The notes under the pieces are model-generated. The model saw only the letters and a program-made list of their open reading frames with translations. It made no database searches and was not told where the DNA came from. A stretch of 10,293 bases of DNA, from positions 1 through 10,293 of the forward strand of contig JAWCFL010000055.1 in assembly GCA_038858525.1 (NCBI GenBank), written 5' to 3'. Below, one piece after another: positions 1 through 5,755 of this stretch. Source of the DNA: Candidatus Jordarchaeales archaeon (lineage in GTDB: Archaea > Asgardarchaeota > Jordiarchaeia > Jordiarchaeales > Freyrarchaeaceae). Position numbers and translations under genes: made by a program. Positions within the stretch are counted from its first letter, which is position 1, and each line of letters opens with the position of its first letter.

Positions 1-396
1 GATGTGTCCTTTGTGCGTAGCCAGCCTTACGCATCCCCAACTGAACCAGAACAGGTGGGCGTCGTCCAAAAGAATGCTTATCTTTTCAACCCTTGGAGGA
101 CCAATTTCCTTTCTCCTCCTGGAGAGCCTCCTGTAGGACTTGAACATGCTTAGAGCCTGTGTTATAGCCGTATAAATGTAATGGGATGGGTGGTTCGGAT
201 ACTTCGTCCTCAGCTCCTTGTAAATTGCTTCGTGGAGCCTCCTACGTGAGGTCAGATTTAAACGTATAGCTCTATCCAGGCATGCTTTAACCATTTCGGA
301 ATAGCTCTTGAAGAGATCCTCGAGAACGATTGCTTGTTCATCGTTGGGCTGGAGCTTAAACTTGCAGGTCTCATTCAGCGATAAGCTGTTTGACAC
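1..396 (-). CDS. tnpB: TnpB (IS200/IS605/IS607 OrfB, RNA-guided nuclease family), 5' part only; continues beyond the left edge
   Basis: Manual translation from GTG at 396 (SD-like GGTGG 6 nt upstream): [132 protein letters not shown]. 132 codons, no stop. Typical OrfB N-terminus (T-x-K-F-K-L-x-P-x-x-E-Q), overlapping the tnpA stop. RuvC and Zn-finger regions lie outside the window. Start codon uncertain. Confidence 0.85.
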   Translation of the reverse strand, partial: MSNSLSLNETCKFKLQPNDEQAIVLEDLFKSYSEMVKACLDRAIRLNLTSRRRLHEAIYKELRTKYPNHPSHYIYTAITQALSMFKSYRRLSRRRKEIGPPRVEKISILLDDAHLFWFSWGCVRLATHKGHI

Positions 397-987
397 TCTT
401 AACCACCTTCTCGTACTTGTGGCTTCTCAATCCGTATAGCTTTCCTGCAAAGCTTGAAACCAAAGTAATGAGATCCTATCTTGATAGGCGTCTTTAGGCT
501 CCTCGTTAACGACTTTGATTTTTATGTTGTGAGGGGGGAAGTAGCGCTCTAGGTATTTGAAGGCGAACCTCGTAAGCCTATCCTTAAAGGCTACTATGAC
601 GGCTCCTACCTCTCTTTTCTCAACCATATCAAAGATCTTGTTTAGCGACTTTCTGTTCTCGTTGAGTCTGCTTGCCGCGTCCTCTAAGATCGCGATAACT
701 TCATTTTAGGTTTGGCGTGACTCAGTAAACTTTGCTTTTGCCCCTCTAGATCTCCTTTCTGTTTCTGGTCATGGGGGGAACTCTGGTATAAATCACGGCT
801 TTTTGGGCGTGTCTGGTTTAGCGATGCCCATCAAACGCTCAACTTCACTTTCAGGTATCCTCCTCCTACCACCAACAGTCCTAGCAACTCTAATTTTACC
901 TTGTTTATCCCATTTTCTAAGCGTATTTGGATGAACGCCTAATCCCTCGCAGGCTTCACTAAGCGTCAGCAACCTCTCAATCATCAT
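371..987 (-). pseudogene. tnpA: IS607-family TnpA serine recombinase (N-terminal MerR/excisionase-like HTH plus resolvase domain), about 4 frameshifts
   Basis: Pieces in different frames: MMIERLLTLSEACEGLGVHPNTLRKWDKQGKIRVARTVGGRRRIPESEV (793-987); KAVIYTRV; HDQKQKGDLEGQKQSLL; EVIAILEDAASRLNENRKSLNKIFDMVEKREVGAVIVAFKDRLTRFAFKYLE...DAYQ; [34 protein letters not shown] (TGA at 371-373). Shifts near 800, 775, 708 and 483. DRLTRF and SFAGKLYG are IS607 TnpA hallmarks. Confidence 0.92.
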
Positions 988-995
988 ACAAAAAT

Positions 996-1019
996 GTTAA
1001 GAAGTGTTATATAAAGTTA
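996..1019 (-). repeat. Three TAAC direct repeats at exact 10-bp period in the IS left end
   Basis: Plus-strand GTTA at 996-999, 1006-1009 and 1016-1019 (minus: gaTAACttta taTAACactt ctTAACattt). Confidence 0.6.
1007..1015 (-). promoter_or_regulatory. TATA box of tnpA (probably leaderless transcript)
   Basis: Minus-strand TTTATATAA begins 28 nt upstream of the ATG at 987. No SD sequence before the ATG. Confidence 0.6.
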
Positions 1020-1041
1020 TCTATTCAGGAACGGCTGCAAA

Positions 1042-1354
1042 CCCATTATTGTTAGAGGAAAACCATTCCGAGGATCAATGAGGACCACTGTGGCCATAAC
1101 TGTTGGAAGTCCGTACCTCTCGGTGTTGCTAGGATGAGAGTTAACTATTTTTACCGCGGATAGTTCAAAGTCCTCTATGTATGAAGGCATAACTCTGAGG
1201 TCGCCTCCATGCCTCCATAGAAAAGGTAGACTTTAGGCGGCATTTGAACTCGTCCGAGTCCCTTCTCTTTGAAGGTCTCCTCAACGGCATTGATGACGTC
1301 AGCCATGTCGAGAAGAGATTTGACATCATGGTCGCTTAGGAAGAGCGTCTCCAA
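1042..1354 (-). pseudogene. ala: Alanine dehydrogenase / ornithine cyclodeaminase (mu-crystallin family) 5' fragment; frameshifted and truncated by IS607
   Basis: From TTG at 1354: METLFLSDHDVKSLLDMADVINAVEETFKEKGLGRVQMPPKVYLFY, then after a shift at ~1203-1218 GGDLRVMPSYIEDFELSAVKIVNSHPSNTERYGLPTVMATVVLIDPRNGFPLTIMG. This matches the Archaeoglobus-type AlaDH N-terminus (QMPPKVYL..GDLR.MP..VK.VNSHP.N...GLPTVMA...G.PL..M). The Rossmann domain is absent. Confidence 0.88.
1203..1218. repeat. Perfect 8-bp tandem repeat (GCCTCCAT x2) at the ala frameshift
   Basis: GCCTCCAT at 1203-1210 and 1211-1218. Confidence 0.75.
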
Positions 1355-1627
1355 ACAAAACCCTTCAACATAAAAGAGATTCATCAATAATTTTGAGTAT
1401 TTCTAGTTCCAGCAAGATTTGCGGGCAGTATAACCATTGAAGTTTTAAGCCTCAAGCGCACACATTTAGAGAAGCGAAAAGCTTTCTTCCTCCACACTCC
1501 TATGACCATAATATTTCAGACATCTGATGGTATAACAAAGAACAATAGAAGTGATCAGAACGATTGATTGCTTCGAGATTAGATTTTACTTTGATTTCCT
1601 ATAAGAGTCTTCAAGGTCACTTTATAT

Positions 1628-1650
1628 AAAAAAGAGGGGAAGAGGGTTCG
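1628..1650 (-). terminator. Pyrimidine-rich/oligo-T archaeal terminator after the enoyl-CoA hydratase gene
   Basis: Minus strand CGAACCCTCTTCCCCTCTTTTTT directly after the TAA at 1653. Confidence 0.5.
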
Positions 1651-1652
1651 TT

Positions 1653-2462
1653 TTATTCTCCTTTGAATTGTGGTGACCGCTTCTCTAGGAAGGCCATAAC
1701 GCCCTCCATGGCGTCTTTGCTTGCACTAGCTATCGACGCCAGCGCACCCTCTAGTATCAGTCCCGTGCCGAGCGGGGCTTCCGCTCCGAAGTTAAGGGCG
1801 TACTTTGTGACGCGCTGGGCTACAGGTGGCCCTTGCGCCAGTTTCATGGCGAACGCTTTAACCTCTTCCTCGAACTTCTCGCGTGGCACTACCTTGTTAA
1901 CCAGCCCTATCCTGTAAGCTTCCTGCGCGCTTATCGGTTCTGCCACCAGGCAGAGTTCCTTAGCTTTAGCCAGCCCTATCAGACGAACTAGCCTTTGGGT
2001 TCCGCCCCATCCGGGGATGATACCTCTCTGAAGCTCAGGCTGACCTATCTGGGCGTCTTCTGCCGCTATCCTGAAGTCGCAGGCTATTGCGAGCTCGCAT
2101 CCTCCTCCCAGAGCGAATCCGTTAATTGCGGCTATAACTATCTTGGGGAACCTTTCAATCTTCTGCGTTACTCTCGCCATATACATCGCGGTTTCAAGCA
2201 TGGCTGAAACCTGAGCGGCTCCCTTGGTCTGCGCCAGAGTCAGCGGCAACGGCTCTTTAAGGTCTGCTCCGGCAGAGAAGAACCTGTCACCGGACCCCGT
2301 GATTATGACGACGCGGGCGTCCTTGTCGAACCAAAGCTCGTCCAGCGCCTTGTCGAGTTCATCTATGAGCTTCTGGTTTATCGCGTTAGCCTTCGGCCTG
2401 TTGAGGATTATCCATGCCAGCGGTGGCTCTTTCTTCAGAATTAGGGTTTCATATGTTGCCAA
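1653..2462 (-). CDS. Enoyl-CoA hydratase / crotonase-family protein (3-hydroxybutyryl-CoA dehydratase-like), ~269 aa
   Basis: LNRPKANAIN, FSAGADL (oxyanion hole), GGGCELAIACDFRIA and QPELQRGIIPGWGGTQRL show both catalytic Glu. C-terminal DAMEGVMAFLEKRSPQFKG. TTG at 2462 preferred over GTG at 2471 because GGAGGG sits 8-9 nt upstream of it. Confidence 0.93.
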   Translation of the reverse strand: MATYETLILKKEPPLAWIILNRPKANAINQKLIDELDKALDELWFDKDARVVIITGSGDRFFSAGADLKEPLPLTLAQTKGAAQVSAMLETAMYMARVTQKIERFPKIVIAAINGFALGGGCELAIACDFRIAAEDAQIGQPELQRGIIPGWGGTQRLVRLIGLAKAKELCLVAEPISAQEAYRIGLVNKVVPREKFEEEVKAFAMKLAQGPPVAQRVTKYALNFGAEAPLGTGLILEGALASIASASKDAMEGVMAFLEKRSPQFKGE

Positions 2463-2508
2463 AACACACACCCTCCTTCAGTTCACGAATTAGGTGGAAA
2501 ACGCAACT

Positions 2509-2530
2509 AACTTATAAGTTTTGCCAAAAC
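2509..2530 (-). promoter_or_regulatory. BRE/TATA of the hydratase gene, embedded in two adjacent palindromes
   Basis: AACTTATAAGTT (2509-2520, perfect 12-bp palindrome containing CTTATAAG) overlaps GTTTTGCCAAAAC (2518-2530, 6-bp arms with 1-nt centre), about 50 nt upstream of the start. Confidence 0.5.
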
Positions 2531-2739
2531 CCCACGAATCAGATGGTTAAGGAATACAGGGTCCGGATCATGCTCTGCTTAACAAAGTTTACGCTTTTAG
2601 TAAGTTGGCTGAAGGGTCTCACGAAGAATAAGCAAACATTTCAGCTTGGTTATCAGCTACTCAAGCAAGCTTAAAAATTGAGGAAACTTCTCAGAAATGT
2701 AGAGATGCGATTTTCGTGGCGAATTGGAGGGAGTTAAAG

Positions 2740-3549
2740 ATGGAGGCTGACGAAATTATTAGGGAGGCTGCGATGGTCCTCCTTAGGTCTAGGTATGCGG
2801 TAGCTTTTACTGGTGCAGGAGTCTCTACTGAGTCGGGCATCCCGGATTTCAGGGGGCCATCGGGGATATGGACGAAGAATCCTGAAGCCGAGAAGAAGGC
2901 TTACGAGGTCTACGACAAGTTTCTCATGGACCCAAAAGCATACTGGGAAGATATTTTGAGGGGGCCATCCCTCCTCGGTGACCTTTGGCGGGCCCAGCCG
3001 AACCCGTCACACTACGCGCTCGCCGAGCTGGAAAAAATAGGGATTCTGAAATGTGTCATCACGCAGAACATCGACAACCTGCACCAGAGGGCGGGCAACA
3101 GTAACGTCATAGACTTCCACGGCAATATATCCAAGCTCCGCTGCATAAACTGTGGGGAGAGATATGAACGGGTGAAGTTCGACTTGAAGGAGGCTTTATC
3201 GAGGGGGGACGTGCCTAGGTGTTCCAGGTGTAATTACCCATTGAAGTCGGACGTCGTATACTTCGGAGAGCCTATTCCAAGTGATGCCTACGAGAGAAGC
3301 CTCGAGGAAGTCAGGAGGTGCGACGCAATGATAGTTGCCGGGACCTCAGCCGTGGTTTACCCGGCGGCGTACCTTCCAAGGTTCGCGAAGATTAAGCCTA
3401 ACCCTGCAGTCATCATCGAAGTTAACGCCCAGCCGACGCCTCTAACGAAGGAAGTAACAGACTACTTCATTCAAGGCATGACGGGAAAAATTCTTCCAAG
3501 AATAGTCGATGAAGTCAAACGGCTAAAAGATGATGCGCGTAAAAACTAA
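2740..3549 (+). CDS. cobB: NAD+-dependent protein deacylase, Sir2/CobB sirtuin family, ~269 aa
   Basis: TGAGVSTESGIPDFRG, TQNIDNLHQRAG, catalytic HG, Zn-binding CINC...CSRC, GTSAVVYPAA, IIEVN. ATG at 2740 has GGAGGGA 7 nt upstream (the ORF track starts at GTG 2716). Symbol is family-level only. Confidence 0.95.
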   Translation: MEADEIIREAAMVLLRSRYAVAFTGAGVSTESGIPDFRGPSGIWTKNPEAEKKAYEVYDKFLMDPKAYWEDILRGPSLLGDLWRAQPNPSHYALAELEKIGILKCVITQNIDNLHQRAGNSNVIDFHGNISKLRCINCGERYERVKFDLKEALSRGDVPRCSRCNYPLKSDVVYFGEPIPSDAYERSLEEVRRCDAMIVAGTSAVVYPAAYLPRFAKIKPNPAVIIEVNAQPTPLTKEVTDYFIQGMTGKILPRIVDEVKRLKDDARKN

Positions 3550-3743
3550 AGAATGTAACGAAAACCCACCTTCTAATCTGGAGGAGGTTGACGCTTAAAG
3601 ACGGCGACCGTTAAGTAACTTAATGTAAGGTGATGCACGAACAAGTAATTTAGACATCAGATGACCGTCTTTTTAGGTCGTCTCGAGCATTCCCCACGTC
3701 CAAGTCTAAATGGAGCACCTTCGATGATATTCTACTTGACTTC

Positions 3744-4112
3744 TTATAGGCTCAGATTACCTATGTAGCTCTTAACCTTCTCTCATAAGTTTCTCGTCTT
3801 CACTTACCAGCGTAAGATCATTGCTTTTCGCTACGAAGACGTAAGAAGCATCATAAAACGTGACCTCTATAACTGCAACGCCAGTTGTTTCTTGCTCGTA
3901 ACAGTTCACCTTAACAGTCTTAAACAGAATTTAGCGCCCTCTTGATTAAAGCAAGCAGCTGGTGACCTATTCGTACGTCCCCCCCAGCAAAATCCTCTTC
4001 CAGAGAATATTTTCCCCTCCATAGCTAAGTAGGGTGTAGTTTCCATGCGGAAGCCTTACTCGCTTCTCCACCACCTCCTCGAGTATCGAGGAGGCGTCAA
4101 GAGGAGCCTCAT
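3744..4112 (-). pseudogene. vapC: VapC PIN-domain toxin, about 4 frameshifts
   Basis: Manual reconstruction from ATG at 4112: MRLL / DASSILEEVVEKRVRLPHGNYTLL..ENILWKRILL / HQLLALIKRALN / KTVKVNCYEQETTGVAVIEVTFYDASYVFVAKSNDLTLVSEDEKLM / EKVKSYIGNLSL* (TAA 3746-3744). DAS, TFYDASY and LVSED are archaeal PIN motifs. Length ~123 codons. Confidence 0.85.
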
Positions 4113-4325
4113 ATGGAGCCCTATCCGCCCTAATGCTTTTCACGACGAAATCCTGGAGAACCTGCTTAGGACGACGCCCAGTTTGCTTAACTCCCTCTCG
4201 ACTTCTTCCAGCTCCCTCCTTCTCGACTCTTCATCTATGGATTTCCTAAGCACCTCTGAGGGCTTAATGCTAAGCTCCTATTAACCTCTAGTGGCATATT
4301 CACTTACACGGTCACGTATTTCCAT
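4109..4325 (-). pseudogene. vapB: VapB-type (RHH/CopG-like) antitoxin, frameshifted with an internal stop
   Basis: From ATG at 4325: ME / VTV*VNMPLEVNR / ELSIKPSEVLRKSIDEESRRRELEEVERELSKLGVVLSRFS / DFVVKSIRADR. Resembles small archaeal antitoxins (VTVSVKIP..IKPSEVLRKAIEEE..VVKSIREDR). It abuts the vapC start. End coordinate approximate. Confidence 0.75.
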
Positions 4326-4340
4326 CACAGCTACTAATAG

Positions 4341-4386
4341 TCACCTACAAATGGTGAACAATTACGGTTCTTTTCACATGCGAAAA
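4341..4386. promoter_or_regulatory. Two inverted repeats upstream of vapB (candidate autorepression operators)
   Basis: TCACC-N7-GGTGA at 4341-4357 and TTTTCACATGCGAAAA at 4371-4386 (16-bp palindrome with one mismatched pair). Confidence 0.4.
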
Positions 4387-4493
4387 CATGACCGTATAAT
4401 CAAGAGAGTTCTGCTGTTTAGACCGGAGCACGAAACGAGAGGGCGTGCATTAAGGAAAAATAACAAAAACTTCTTTCCCCGAAGAGGGGGGAT

Positions 4494-4508
4494 GAGAAGC
4501 CTATAAAT
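4494..4508 (+). promoter_or_regulatory. BRE plus TATA for the dehydrogenase gene
   Basis: GAGAAG followed by CCTATAAAT, about 55-60 nt upstream of the start; SD-like GGAGG and GGTGGAG lie in the leader. Confidence 0.5.
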
Positions 4509-4562
4509 TTAGTTTTTCTTTAAGTAATTTTTACAGGAGGATGTTGGTGGAGCGTGCTGGGG

Positions 4563-5705
4563 ATGAGTTTTGTTTTGCTTGGTGCTGGCGGGATGGGTGA
4601 GCTTGCCCTGAGGGATTTAGTTGCTAGTAATGTTGAAGGCGTCGTCGTGGCTGACTACGATAAGAGGAAGGCGGAGACTCTAGCGAGGAGGTATGGGACT
4701 AGTGAAGTAGAAGTCTCAGCCGAGTTCGTGGACGCTGACGACCACGACTTGTTGCTGAAGGTGATGAGGGACGCAAAAGTTGTGGCGAGCACTATTGGTC
4801 CATTCAGTGAGTATGGTGTTAAAGTTCTTAGGGCTGCTATAGATGCTGGAGTAAGCTTCGTTGACATTTGTGATGACCCTCAGCCGACAATTGACGAGCT
4901 TAACCTGCACGATGAGGCTAAAGAAGCAGGCATAACTGCGGTGATTGGCATGGGCAATAACCCGGGGGTGGGAAACCTTTGCGCTAAGTATGGAGCGCAG
5001 AAGCTGGATGAAGTGGAGGAGATCAAGTTCTTCTGGGTTCACCCCGCCGTTTCCCGAACGGGGGAGGCAGCCACTCTGCACGCTGTTAGTGCCTTCTCTG
5101 GTAGCGTGCCGTCATACCAAAATGGGCAGTGGATTAGTGTTCTCGCAGGCTCGGAAAAGGAGGTGGTTGAATTCCCCGACCCGGTAGGGAAAGTTGAAGT
5201 GTACCATTCCGGGCATCCAGAACCAGTAACTATACCGCGGTATATTAAAGTTAGAAATGTGATTTGCAAGGGTGGCATCATCCCGGTGTGGGCGGGGCAG
5301 GAGTTTATAAGGCTTCTATCATACGGGTTGGGAAGCACGGAGCCCATCGATGTCAGGGGAGTCCAAGTGGTTCCCAGAGAATTTACGATCTCACTTCTAA
5401 AGAGGATTATTCGTAATTTGAGTGGGAGCCTAACTAGTGGGGGAGAAATTGTCAAGGCTTCACGGGTAATAGTGAGAGGAGTGAAGGAAGCGGATAAGGT
5501 AACGTATACTTACGACAGGATAGGCAACGATTGGGAGGCGGGGACAGCGCTATCCATAGGTGCTCAAATGATCGCTAGAGGCGAAATCAAGAACAAGGGA
5601 GTTTTCCCACCGGAAGGATGCATCGACCCACAAGTATTCTTTCACGAACTAAAGAAAAGAGGTTTAAAGATCATAGAGAGAGCCACTATAGAACATGAAA
5701 TCTAA
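4563..5705 (+). CDS. Saccharopine dehydrogenase-like NAD(P)-dependent oxidoreductase (lysine 6-dehydrogenase / carboxy(nor)spermidine dehydrogenase family), ~380 aa
   Basis: N-terminal Rossmann motif VLLGAGGMG, VVVAD, STIGPF, FVDICDD, GMGNNPGVGNL (G-x-G-x-x-PG family motif), HPEPVTIPR, C-terminal GVFPPE. ATG at 4563 fits the Rossmann start; GTG at 4554 is an alternative. Substrate cannot be assigned. Confidence 0.85.
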   Translation: MSFVLLGAGGMGELALRDLVASNVEGVVVADYDKRKAETLARRYGTSEVEVSAEFVDADDHDLLLKVMRDAKVVASTIGPFSEYGVKVLRAAIDAGVSFVDICDDPQPTIDELNLHDEAKEAGITAVIGMGNNPGVGNLCAKYGAQKLDEVEEIKFFWVHPAVSRTGEAATLHAVSAFSGSVPSYQNGQWISVLAGSEKEVVEFPDPVGKVEVYHSGHPEPVTIPRYIKVRNVICKGGIIPVWAGQEFIRLLSYGLGSTEPIDVRGVQVVPREFTISLLKRIIRNLSGSLTSGGEIVKASRVIVRGVKEADKVTYTYDRIGNDWEAGTALSIGAQMIARGEIKNKGVFPPEGCIDPQVFFHELKKRGLKIIERATIEHEI

Positions 5706-5755
5706 AGCCGGAATTTATTATGGGAATGATGACGCATTCCAGGTTGGTTTTAGGC

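Larger units (their letters stand above)
1..1043 (-). mobile_element. IS607-family insertion sequence (tnpA-tnpB), left end near 1042-1044; right end outside the window
   Basis: tnpA-tnpB order with overlapping genes. Homology of the upstream ala gene stops abruptly at ATG-GG (1046-1042, minus strand), then unrelated sequence TTTGCAGCCGTTCCTGAATAGATAAC leads to the tnpA promoter. IS607-family elements recombine at a GG dinucleotide core (established). Confidence 0.8.

Noticed and set aside
427-987. ORFs 427-627 and 793-987 as separate small proteins, or tnpA as a programmed frameshift gene
   Set aside because: They are fragments of one tnpA. About four shifts in different frames is too many for programmed recoding.
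1388-1627. Possible gene remnant between ala and the hydratase
   Set aside because: Short open frames on both strands gave no recognisable protein motif. The TTTATATAAA palindrome at 1621-1630 could not be tied to a gene.
1663-2674. Plus-strand ORFs 1663-1917, 1995-2207, 2224-2493 and 2414-2674
   Set aside because: Antisense shadows of the hydratase gene or spacer; no recognisable motifs or RBS.
2740-3549. Sirtuin as an anti-phage SIR2 NADase (Thoeris, DSR, pAgo-associated)
   Set aside because: It has the full Zn-finger and acyl-lysine motifs of classical deacylases, is stand-alone at ~269 aa, and has no defence partner gene nearby.
4045-4506. Plus-strand ORFs 4045-4284 and 4291-4506
   Set aside because: Ser/Leu-rich antisense reading of the vapBC remnants and promoter DNA.
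5723-5740. GGAATG-N6-CATTCC hairpin between convergent genes as a terminator
   Set aside because: Only a 6-bp stem with no adjacent U-tract; archaeal termination does not need hairpins.
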